A model generated the notes under the pieces. The model was given only the letters and a program-made list of their open reading frames with translations. It did not search any database and had not been told where the DNA came from. A stretch of DNA of 64,000 nt, taken from positions 6,306,658-6,370,657 of the forward strand of contig NC_081394.1 of NCBI RefSeq assembly GCF_030684315.1, given 5' to 3'. A program made the position numbers and the translations under genes. Within the stretch, counting starts at the first letter, position 1. Each line of letters starts with the position of its first letter. The DNA is from Stegostoma tigrinum (lineage: Eukaryota). Shown in pieces: positions 35,905-47,527 of the stretch.

Positions 35905-36385
35905 CTCATAGAATCATGAAATCATACAGTAGAGGTCCTTCAGTCCATCAGTGCTACACTACTACCGTCTCTTGTACCACTTTAGTACATGAGACCTATC
36001 CTTTGAATTATGGGATCATCCAAATATTTCCTAAAGGTTGTGAGGCTTTCAACATCAACTACTCTCCCAGGTAGTGCCTTCAGAGCCCTGCCAGACTCAT
36101 GGTGAAAAAAAAGTTTTTCTCAAATCCCCTCTAAACTGCTTGCCTGTCATGTTAAAAATGTTGCCCCTCTGGGATTGACCCTTCAGCTAAGGGAACAGCT
36201 GCTTTCAATTCATCCTATCCATGCACCCCTTAAACATTACCTCGATCAGGTTTCCACTTCAACCTTCCCTGCTCCAAAGAAAACAACCTGAGCTTATTCA
36301 GCCTGTCTTCATTGCTGAAATGCTCCATCCCAGGCAACATCTTTGTGAATTGCCTTTGTGCCCCATTCAGAGCAACAGCACTGTA
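35905..36385 (-). mobile_element. CR1 3' fragment
   Basis: AQRQFTKMLPGM...RLNKLRLFSLEQGRLK. Confidence 0.85.
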
Positions 36386-37559
36386 TGATTGTATGAATAA
36401 CTCCAGTACCATTTTAGAATGTTGTGCTCAGAAGTAGATGTCCTCATGCTAACCTGGTGAAGTGATATCTGTCCACATGTGTAAGAGCAATACAAGGAAA
36501 GTTTATAGATATAATATTTATGTACTACATACATATACAGAATTTATATCTGTAAGAATTGTTTTCATGGAGGTGGCAAACTGATGGGGTGACACAAAGG
36601 ACTGCATAACAGCGGAAGCACTGGTCAGAGTCACGCAATCCCACAACCAACGGAAGAGAATAAAGCTCTGCAGTCCGGACACATCCACCATGAAAGTCAG
36701 AGGCAAATCAAGCAATAATTGGAGGAGGGGACTCCAGAAATACCCCATCCTCAGTGATGGGGGAGCCCGGTATATCTGTGTAAAAGGAAAGGCAAGAGAC
36801 CCACCTTGTCCCTCTCCAGAGGTTCCCAGCATCACAGATGCCAGTCTTCAGCAAATTCAATTCACTCCGCACGATGTGAAGAAATGGCTGAAGACACCAG
36901 ATACATGAAAAGGAATTGGCCCTGAGAACAGTCTGGTAATTGTTAATGGTGTGGTGACAAGAGCAGGTCAAAGGCTCGGAATGCTGCAATGAGGAACTCA
37001 CCTGCCGACTCCTGAAAATGTGTCTGTCATTCACAGGGAATGTGATGGAACACTGTCCAGTTGGCTGGATGGGTGCAGCTCCAACAACAAGAAGCTCATC
37101 CAGGACAAAGCAGCCCATTTGATTAGCACCACATCCACGCCATAGACATTTGTTTTCTCCAACACATACACACAGCAAGGGCAGTGTACGCTATTTACAA
37201 AATTCAATATGCAACTCATCAATGTTTCTTCGCCAGCACTTGCCAGATCTATGGAAGGATGATACATAGAAACACAAGTTCTCCTCCAAGTCGCTCAGAA
37301 GTGTTTTTGAAGTACGGTTTGAAGGTTAGTATTAGTTAAAAAAAAAATCTCCGGAGTGGTTAATGGGTCTGAAAGCTTTCAATGCCTCAGGCCTGATAAT
37401 GTATATCCAGGAAATGAAAGACATAGCCATGGAAACAGTGGAGTAGAAATAGGAAATTGGAAAATGTCAAATGTGACCCTGCATTTTAACAAAGCAGGGA
37501 GGGAGTAAACAGGAAATTACAGCCTAACATCAGTAACAGGGGAAATACTGGAGACTGAT

Positions 37560-40202
37560 GTGAACATGCAGAACTGGCTCAAAGGTAGAAGTCGAAGGTG
37601 GTGTGGTGTGACATTGCTCGTCAGAGCTAGTATAGCAGCTACTTAAAGCCAGTTCGAAATATGTCTACAGAGTCAGTTTGGGCTGAGATTAGGAGCAAGA
37701 AAGGAGCAGTCACTTCGTTTGAGTTTTTTTTATTTTTACAGAGCTCCTAATAGTTGCAGAGAAGTGGAGGAGAGGATTTGGGGAAGATACTGGAAAGGTG
37801 CAGAAGTCACAGGGTTGGGGTTATGGGTGACTTCAGCTTTCCAAATATTGATTGGAAACTTTTTAGTTGTAGTAGTTTAGATGGAGCAGATTTTGTCCAG
37901 TGTGTTCAGGAAGGATTCCTGACACAGTATGTAGATAGACCAACACGAGGACAGTGCTTGGCAATGAACCAACCAAGTGTTAGACCTGTTGGTAAGAGAG
38001 CATTTTGGCAATAGCAATCATAACTCTGTAACTTTTACAATAGCCATGGAAAAGAACAGGGCAATTCAGCAGGGTAAGGTTTATAATTGGGGGAAGGGCA
38101 ATTATAATTCTGTTAGGCAAGAACTGGGTAACATAAAATGGGAACAGATGCTGTTGGGGAAGACCGCTATAGAAGTGTGGGGATTGTTTAAGGAATGCAT
38201 ACTGCGTGTGCTTGATATGCAGGCAGGGAAGATGCGGTCAAATGAGGGAGCCTTGGTTCTCAACAGGGGTCAAATGACTAGTTAAGAGGAAGAAGGATGC
38301 TTATTTTAAGGTTTTGGAAACAAGGATCGGAAAAGGCTCTAAAGGGATATAAGTTAGCCAGGAAGGAGCTGAAGGAAGGGCTGAGGAGAGCTATAAGGGG
38401 GCATGAGAAAATCTTGGCAAATAGGATCAAGGACAACCCCAAGGCTTTTTACATGTATGTGAGGAATAAGAGAATGACCAGAGAAGGCGTAGGGCTGATC
38501 AAGGATTATGAAGAGAATTTGTGCACAGAGCGTAAAGAGATAGGAGAAGTCATTAAGGAATTTTTTCTTCAGTATTCACAACTGAGAGGGACTTAGTTGT
38601 AGAGGAGGACTGCATGAAACAGGCTGGTAGGCTAGAGGAGGTGGATGTTAGTAAGGAAGATGTACTAGGAATTTTGAGGAACTGGAAGATAGTTAAATCC
38701 AGTTAGGACTGATGGGATTTATCCAAGGATTCTATGGGAAGCGAGGGAAGAGATCGACGGGCCTTTGGCGATGAGCTTTTCGTCCTCACTGTCACTGGGT
38801 ATAGTGCTGGAAGATCAGAGAGAGGTTCAACAAAGGGAATAGAGATAACACCGGAAATTTCAGGCCAGCTAGTCTTACTTCAGTGGTGGGCAAATTATTG
38901 GAAAGGGCTGTGAGAGATAGGATTTATGATCACTTGGATAGGCACAGTTTGATTCGTGATAGTCAGCATGGATTTCTGAGAGGTAGATCATGCCCCACAA
39001 ACCTTGTTGAATTCTTTGAAGAAGTGATCAAACACATGGATGAAGGTAGAGCAGTGGATGTGGTTTACATGGATTTAAGTAAGGTGTTTGATAAGGTTCC
39101 CCATGGTAGGCTCATGCAGAAAGTAAGGAGGCACAGGATACAGGGAAATGTGGCAGATTGGATTCAGAATTGGCTGACCCTCAGAAGGGTAGTGGATGGA
39201 AAATATTCAACATGGTGCTCAGTTGCAAGTGGCATATCTCAAGGATCTGTTCTGGGTCTTCCGGTTGTGACTTTTGTAAATGATTTGGATGAAGGAGTGG
39301 AAGGGTGAATTAGCAAGTTCGCGGACAATACGAAAGTGGGTCGAGTTGTGGGTAGTGCAGAGGGCTGTTCTAGGTTGCAAAGGGACATTGATAGGATGCA
39401 GAGCTGGGCTGAGAATTGGCAGATGGAGTTTAATCCTAAAAAGTCTGAGATGATTCATTTTGGAAGGACAAATTTGAAGGCAGAATAATGGAAAGATTCT
39501 CGGTAGTGTGGAAGGGCAGAGAGATCTTGGGGTTCACATCCATAGTTTCCTGAAATCGGCCACCTAGGTGAATAGAGTTGATAAGAAGACAAATGGTGTG
39601 TTAGCTTTAATTAATAGTGGGATTGAGTTCAAGAGCCATGAATTTATGCTCCAGCTGTACAAAACCCTGGTTCGGCCACATCTGGAGTATTGTGTCCAGT
39701 TCTGGTCACCTCCTTACAGAAAAAATGTGGAAGCATTGGAAAAGGTGCAGAGGAGATTTACTACAATGTTGCCTGGAAAGGAGGGAAGGCCTTACAAGGA
39801 AAGGTTGAGAGACCTAGGGCATTTCTGTTTAGAATGACAAAGGATAAGAGATGTACAGAATGGCCAGAGGTATAGATAGAGTGGACAGCCAGATACTTTT
39901 TCCTAGGGTAGTGGTAGCTATTACGAGGGGACATAGTTTTAAAGTGAGTGGAGGTAGCTATAGGGAAGATGTCAGAGGTGTGTTCTTTCCTGAGAGAGTA
40001 TCCGGGGCGTGGAATGCATTGCCAGAGAGGATGATGGAGTCGGCCTCGTTAGGGGCATTTAATTGGCTATTAGATAGGCATATGGATGACAGTATAAGGT
40101 AGGGGTGGAGGTTAGATAAACCTTAGGTTTAGGGTAAAAGTTCGGCACAACATCGTGGGCTGAAGGGCCTGTACAGTGCTGTACTGTTCTCTGTTCTATG
40201 TT
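37560..40202 (+). mobile_element. CR1 LINE, long ORF2 remnant with stops and frameshifts
   Basis: VMGDFSFPNIDW, NPKAFY, QHGF, DKVPHGRL, SQGSVLG, RPHLEYCVQFWSP; tail gaagggcctgtacagtgctgtactgttctctgttctatg. Confidence 0.93.
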
Positions 40203-42152
40203 AAGGCAGGACTTATAAACTTTATGGTAAGGTCCTGGGGAGTGCTGCTGAACAAATAGACCTTGAAGTGCAGGTTTATAGTTCCATGAAAGTGGAGTTG
40301 TAGGTAGACAGGATAGCGAAGAAGACATTTGGTATGCTTGCCTTTATTGGTCAATGCATTGAGTATAGGAGTTAGCAGGCCATGTTTCGACTGTGTAGGA
40401 TATTGGTTAGGCCACTTTTAGAATGTTGCACACAATCCTCGTCTCCATGCTATGGGAAGGATGTTGTGACACATGAAAGGATTCAGAAAAGATTTACAAG
40501 GATGTCTCTAGGGTTGGAGCGTTTGACCTACAGAGAGAGGCTGAATAGATTGGGGCATTTTCCCTGAAGTTTCTGAGGCTGAGGGGTGACCTTGTAGCGG
40601 TTTATAAAATCAGGACATAGCTAGGATAAATAGATAAGGTATTTTCCCTGGGTGGTGATGTCCAAAACTAGAGGGCTTAGGTTTAAGGTGAGAGGGAAAG
40701 ATTTAAAAGGAATCTAAGGAGCAACTTTTTCATGTCAAGGGTGGTGCATGCAGAGTCTGAGCTGCCAGAGGATATGTTGGAAGCTGGTACGATTACAACA
40801 TTTAAAAAGCCTCTGGGTGGGTTTAGAGTGATATGGCCCAAATGCTGGCAAATGGGACCAGATTTATTTGGGACTTCTGGTCGGCATGGACAATTTGACT
40901 ATGACAATGTGCCAACAGGAAATTGAGAAAACAGCTAAAGGATTACATAATGTCAATGTGGATTTTTGAATTGGAAACCTGCTGTAGTATTTTCAGGGAG
41001 CAAACTAGGGGAATAATGAGGGAGTGAATGTGAATTTGGAGTTTCAGAAAACGTTTGATCAAGTTCCAAATAAGAGGCTAATGCATAAAAATCAAAGTAT
41101 GTTGGACTGTTGGTAATATACTTGAGAATGAGAATTGATTGGCAGACAGGGAACAGAAATTAGAAATAAATCAGTCTTTTCAGAAAAAGAGGCAGTGACA
41201 AATGGGATATCACAGGGAGCAGCGCTTAGGTCCTAGTTATTCACTTTATATCTGTCAGTGATTTGGATGAGGGAATTAAATGCAATATTTCCACAACATG
41301 ATCCATGAATAAAAATGAGGTGGGATTGAGAGGTGGTGAGGAGGATGTGAAGAGCCTTCAAGATAATTTAACAAACTGAGAGCGAATAAATGCATGACAG
41401 ATGCAGTATAATGTGTATGAGGGTGAAGTTGTCAACGCCAGTCAGAAAAATAAAATGGGAAAGGTTATTTGAACAGATCACTTGGGAAAAGTTGATGTAA
41501 AAAGAGACATGGGTGTCCTTGTGCACTGGTCACTGAAAGCAAGCATGCAGGTGCAGCATACAATGAGGAAGGTGAATGGTACGTTGGCATTCATTGAATG
41601 AGGGTTTGAAAACACAGCAAGTAAGTTGTACCGGGCTTTGGTGAGGCCACACCTGGAATATTGCGCATAGTTTTGGTCCCTGTACTTTAGAAAAGATAAA
41701 CCTGCAAAGAAGGCTCTCAAGTCTTGATTCATAGGATGGCAGGTTTGTTGCTTGAGTCTGTATTCATTACAGTTTAGAAGAATGAGGGAATCTCATTGAA
41801 ATGTATCAAATCTGGCAGATTTTTTATGGTTGGATGCAGGGATGGTATTTCCCTTTTCCAAGGGCCCAGAGCAAGTGGCCAGGGACTTAGGTAATAATCT
41901 AGGCTATTTTGGATTGAGATGTGAAGACACTTCTTGGATCAGAGGTGAATTGTCTGCCACAGAAGGCTACGAAACCAAGTCACAGAATATATTTTAAGAA
42001 AAAAATAGATCTCAAAAGGCGAAGGGTGTCATTGTCTATGACGAGAGATTGGGAGTATGATGCTGAGATAGAGGGTCAACTAAAATCATGTTGAATGGCA
42101 GAGCATTTTTGATGGGCTGAATGGCCTACTAGTAATCCTATTCTCTATGTTT
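40203..42152 (+). mobile_element. Two further decayed CR1 3' fragments (about 40203-40900 and 41020-42152)
   Basis: LVRPLLECC, IQKRFTRM; gtgaggccacacctggaatattg; tail gatgggctgaatggcctact. Confidence 0.85.
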
Positions 42153-42394
42153 CCAGACCATCCCCTCTTGGAACAATGTCACAATTTCTTCACTATCGCT
42201 GAGTCAAAATCTTGGATCTGGTTTCTGAAAGCACTGTAGATGGACCTATAACTCCACCAAACCTCAGTCATGTCAAGAAGGTAGCTCACCAGAGCTCTTA
42301 AGCACAATTAGGGATGGTCAAGAAATGCCAGTGCTGGTAGGAATACACACATTGCATACATCAATAAAAGCTAATAAAGTCTGAGTACACTTAC

Positions 42395-42676
42395 ATTCCA
42401 CATTGATGGTTATGGAGCCATCCATTGCTCCATGTTCGTTCTCTGCCACACACTGATAATCCCCTGACTCCCTGTACGAAACATGAGGAATCTCCAACCA
42501 CAGTTCATTGTTGGAACTTGTTCTGTTCATTGTGACATTAAGATGTCTCCATGTCAGGTTAGAAGCGGGGAAGCTCTCGACTGAGCAGATTATGATTGCA
42601 GAATTCCCCTCAGTTATATTGATCGATGAACCTTCAATCACATGAACAGAAGTGATCAAGAGATTCCGTGGTGAGT
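42395..42676 (-). CDS. Gene B C2-set Ig exon (282-nt cassette)
   Basis: cttgtag|ACTCACCA to GAA T|gtaagt; IICSVESFPASNLTW...SGDYQCVAENEHG. Confidence 0.92.
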
Positions 42677-42892
42677 CTACAAGCAAATAAAGAATTCGTC
42701 GTGAGAAACCAGTGCACAGCAAGACTCCCTGTTCAGCTCTCTCCACTTATGACACTATGTATTTGCAGTCACATTTCTGCAATCTCAGTTGCTGAGTGAT
42801 ATTTCTGACGGGCACTGGCTGTGTAAATTGACAGGCAACATTTCACTTTCACACCAGTGGAGAAAGTAAAAAGAAAGAAAATATGTAACGTA

Positions 42893-43074
42893 GAGATAAC
42901 AAAGTGTAGAGCTGGATGAACACAGCATGCCAAGAAGCATCTTAGGAGGAGAAAAGCTGATGTTTTGGGCCTAGACCTTCATCTTTCTGATGCTGCTTGG
43001 CCTGCTGTTTTCATCCAGTTCTACACTCTGTTATGTCAGATTCTCCATCATCTGCAGTTCCTATTATCTCTCCG
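42893..43074. mobile_element. Short fold-back Penelope-derived element with TSD
   Basis: Inverted arms; AAATATGTAACRTA at 42879-42892 and 43075-43088. Confidence 0.8.
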
Positions 43075-43173
43075 AAATATGTAACATATCTCAGGATGTC
43101 CTCATGACAGCCATTGAATTGTATTTTGTTCATGGAATATTGAAGGAACCTGCTATTATTTGTTGACTTGCAT

Positions 43174-43177
<4 letters not shown>

Positions 43178-43238
<61 letters not shown>
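43178..43238. repeat. (TG)n microsatellite, about 30 units
   Basis: Direct inspection. Confidence 0.97.
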
Positions 43239-43245
<7 letters not shown>

Positions 43246-43439
43246 CCCTGAGGGAACAGTGATATATTTCCAAGTCAGGACAATGACTGACTTGGAGTGG
43301 GGGTTCCCATGTATCTGCAGCCCCTGAACTGTGTGGGTTTGGAAGGCGCTGTCTGCAGTGCCTCTTGACGATGGTACTGCACCTACTGAGTGTTTGTCGT
43401 GGAGGAAATGAATGCATCATAGTCATATTTTATGGTAAC

Positions 43440-44640
43440 AGAACTCATCTGTGCCAACTAGACATCCCAATCTAGAGATGATCCCATTCTAACCTAGTCC
43501 CATTTGGCAACATTTGGCCCATATTCCTGTGAACACTCCCAGTATATATACCCATCCAGATATCTTTTGAATGCTGTAATTGTACCCACGTCCATCATTG
43601 CACCACTCTTTGTGTGAAAATGTAATCCCTCGGGTACTTCTCAAATCTTTCCCCTCTCAGCTTAGATCTGTGCCCTGTATTTTTGGACCCCCGAATCCTA
43701 GGGAAAAGACTTTGGCCATTCAACTTATCCAAACATAAACTTCCGTAAGATCACCCCTCAGCCTCCAATGTTCCAGAGAAGAAAAGCCTCAGCCTATTCA
43801 GCCTCTCACTGTCTCTCAAATTCTTCAGTTCTGGCAACATCCTTATAAATCTTTTCTGCGCCTTCTCAAGTTTAAGAAGGCCTTTCCTGGAGAAAGGTGA
43901 CCAAAATTATACACAGTACTCTAAAAGTGGGTATTGTAGATATGGTGCCAATCAACCAGCTGCTTTATCCTGGCTGGACAACATTTTGCCATCCAGGCAA
44001 GTGGGGAGTATTCCATCACACTCCTGACTTGTGCCTTATAGATGGTGCGTAGGTTTTGGGGAGAAAGGAAGTGAGTTACTCACAGCAGGATTCCTAACCT
44101 GTAACCTGCTCTTGGAGCAACTGTATTTATGTGGTTGGTTCAGTTCATTTTCTGTTCAATGGTAACCCCAAGGATGTTGATAATGGATGATTCATCAATG
44201 ATAGCACCAATCAATGTCAAGGGATAATTGTAGATTCTCCCTTGTTGAAGCTGGTAATGCCTGACAGCTGTGTGGCACAAATGCCAGTTGACAGTTGTCA
44301 GACCAATTGACCAAATCTTGTTACATTTGGATAGAGGCTGCTTCGGTATCTGTGCAGATGATCTTATAATGGGCCTAGGACACTTCCCTGAGAAACTCCC
44401 ACAGAAATACCCTGGAGTAGAGATGGGAGACCTCAAACAACCACAATCATCTTCCCATGCCCCAGGTATGAATCCAACTAATGTGAAGTTTTCTGCTGGT
44501 TCCCATTGACTCTGGTTTTGCTCAGGATCCTGCAGCCACATTTAGTCAATTGTTGGCCTGATGTCAAAGTCAATCAGTCTCACCTCACCTCTGAAATTCA
44601 GCTTATTTGATCATGTTTGAGCCAAGGCTACATGAGGGGA
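43440..44640 (-). mobile_element. CR1 3' fragment plus CR1/L2-like fragment
   Basis: tcacccctcagcctcc (RLRGD on the - strand); IINILGVTIEQKMN, homologous to 58030-58075. Confidence 0.75.
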
Positions 44641-44932
44641 GGAACATAGTCACCCTGGTGCACAGCAAGACTCCAAGCTATTGTGTTTATTTAAGTTCAC
44701 CATCAAGGAAGAATGAAAGAGCCATTCACTTTCTCAGGTTGTCCCCAAACAATTTGCCACCAATAAAATGTCTTTGATTGATGGAATATTGAGGGATATT
44801 GAGGTTCTACAGAGAGGAGGCTTCTCATTCAGTCCTTCGAGCCTAGCATTTGCGTACCTTCAACACAGATTAAGAGCTGACGCTGACTCTGCACTGTTCA
44901 AATGATGAAGCACAGATAATTCACAAGCGGTT

Positions 44933-45162
44933 CAGAGATAGTAGGAGCTGCCAATGCTGGAGAATCTGAGATAACAAGGTGTAGAGCTGGATGAATGCAG
45001 CAGGCCAAACAGCATCAGAGGAGCAGGAAAGCTGACGTTGACGTTTCAGGTCTGGACTCTTCTTTAGAGCTTAGGGTCCTGATGCAAAATGCCAGCCTTC
45101 CTGCTCCTCTGATGCTGCTTGGCCTGCTGTGTTCATCCAGCTGCACACCTTGTTATCTTGTG
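44933..45162. mobile_element. Short fold-back Penelope-derived element with TSD
   Basis: Inverted arms; TTCACAAGCGG at 44920-44930 and 45163-45173. Confidence 0.8.
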
Positions 45163-45239
45163 TTCACAAGCGGGTGGATGTTTCTTTGTCTGTGCTCATG
45201 TGTATTTCTAAGGGAAATATAGAAACTGTATACACTCAC

Positions 45240-45521
45240 ATTCCACAGTGAGGCTTATGGAGCCCTGCACTGCTCCATGTTTATTCTCTGCCACACACTG
45301 ATAGTCTCCAGTCTCCCTGTACGTAACATGAGGAATGTCCAACCTCAGCTCATTGTTGGAACTTGTTCTGTTCAGTGTGACATTAAGATGTCGCCACATG
45401 AGGTTAGAAGATGGGAAACTGTCGACAGAGCAGATTATCACTGCAGAATTCCCCTCGATTATATTGATTGATGAATCATTAATTCCATCAAGGAAAGCAA
45501 TTGAGAGAGTCTGTGGCGGAT
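45240..45521 (-). CDS. Gene B C2-set Ig exon (282-nt cassette)
   Basis: gttttag|ATCCGCCA to GAA T|gtgagt; IICSVDSFPSSNLMW...TGDYQCVAENKHG. Confidence 0.92.
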
Positions 45522-45546
45522 CTAAAACAAGTAAAACAAATTCACA

Positions 45547-47425
45547 GAAGATAATAAAATGTAAGGCTGGATGAACACAGCAGGCCCAGCAGCATCTCAG
45601 GAGCACAAAAGCTGACCCTTCATCAGAGAGGGGGATGAGGTGAGGGTTCTGGATTAAACCACGAAGAGGCATTCCACTCCCACACATCCCAGATGTCCAA
45701 GTTCTTCAAGGACTGCAACTTTCCCCCCACAGTGGTCGAAAATGTCCTTGACCACGTCTCCCTCATTTCCCACATTTCCCGCAACACATCCCTCACACCC
45801 CGCCCCCGCCACAACCGCCCAAAGAGGATCCCCCTCGTTCTCACACACCACACCACCAACCTCCGGATACAACGCATCATCCTCCGACACTTCCGCCATC
45901 TACCATCTGACACCACCACCCAAGACATTTTTCCATCCCCACCCCTGTCTGCTTTCCGGACAGACCACTCTCTCCATGAATCCCTTGTTCGCTCCACACT
46001 GCCCTCCAACCCCACCACACCCGGCACCTTCCCCTGCAACCGCAGGAAATGCTACACTTGCCCCCACACCTCCTCCCTCACCCCTATCCCAGGCCCCAAG
46101 ATGACTTTCCACATTAAGCAGAGGTTCACCTGCACATCTGCCAATGTGGTATACTGCATCCACTGTACCTGGTGTGGCTTCCTCTACATTGGGGAAACCA
46201 AGCAGAGGCTTGGCGACAACTTTGCAGAACACCTCCGCTCAGTTCGCAATAAACAACTGCACCTCCCAGTCGCAAACCATTTGCACTTCCCCTCCCATTC
46301 TTTAGATGACATGTCCATCATGGGCCTCCTGCAGTGCCACAATGATGCCACCCAAAGGTTGCAGGAACAGCAACTCATATTCCGCTTGGGAACCCTGCAG
46401 CCCAATGGTATCAATGTGGACTTCACCAGCTTCAAAATCTTCCCTTCCTCCACCGCATCCCAAAACCAGCCCAGTTTGTCCCCTCCCCCCACTGCACCAC
46501 ACAACCAGCCCAGCTCTTCCCCTCCACCCACTGCATCCCAAAACCAGTCCAACCTGTCTCTGCCTCCCAGATAATAAAATGTGAGGCTGGATGAACACAG
46601 TAGGCCCAGCAGCATCTCAGGAGCACAAAAGCTGATGTTTCGGGTCTAGACCCTTCATCAGAGAGGGGGATGGGGTGAGCGTTCTGGAATAAATAGGGAG
46701 AGAGGGGGAGGCGGACCGAAGATGGAGAGAAAAGAAGATAGGTGGAGAGGAGAGTATAGGTGGGGAGGTAGGGCGGGGATAGGTCAGCCCAGGGAAGACG
46801 GACAGGTCAAGGAGGTGGGATGAGGTTAGTAGGTAGGAGATGGAGGTGTGGCTTGGGGTGGGAGGAAGGGATGGGTGAGAGGAAGAACAGGTTAGGGAGG
46901 CAGAGACTGGTTGGACTGGTTTTGGGATGCAGTGGGTGGAGGGGAAGAGCTGGGCTGGTTGTCTGGTGCAGTGGGGGGAGGGGACGAACTGGGCGGGTTT
47001 TGGGATGCGGTGAGGGAAGGGGAGATTTTGAAGCTGGTGGACTGGTTTTGGGTCTCTGCCTCCCTAACCTGTTCTTCCTCTCACCCATCCCTTCCTCCCA
47101 CCCCAAGCCGCACCTCCATCTCCTACCTACTAACCTCATCCCACCTCCTTGACCTGTCCGTCTTCCCTGGACTGACCTATCCCTGCCCTACCTCCCCACC
47201 CTATACTCTCCTCTCCACCTATCTTCTTTTCTCTCCATCTTCGGTCCGCCTCCCCCTCTCTCCCTATTTATTCCAGAACTCTCACCCCATCCCCCTCTCT
47301 AATGAAGGGTCTAGGCCCGAAACGTCAGCTTTTGTGCTCCTGAGATGCTGCTTGGCCTGCTGTATTCATCCAGCCTCACATTTTATTATCTTGGATTCTC
47401 CAGCATCTGCAGTTCCCATTATCAC
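45547..47425 (+). mobile_element. Young Penelope-like element: RT C-terminus + GIY-YIG endonuclease ORF (45693-46574) with inverted terminal repeats and 15-bp TSD
   Basis: CNRRKCYTC, FTCTSANVVYCIHCTWCGFLYIGETKQRL...EH, PVANH, EQQLIFRLGTLQPNGIN; TAAAACAAATTCACA at 45532-45546 and 47426-47440; ~340-bp inverted arms at 46570-46907 and 47052-47390. Confidence 0.93.
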
Positions 47426-47527
47426 TAAAACAAATTCACATACGTTGATTGTGAAGAATTGAAAGGCAGTGAGAATGTGAAATGAGTGATGTCAATTTGT
47501 TTCCTTCGTCATCAAGGCACAGACTTT

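Noticed and set aside
46807-47152. Two 110-aa ORFs with the same N-terminus on opposite strands
   Set aside because: Consequence of the Penelope inverted repeat, not protein-coding genes
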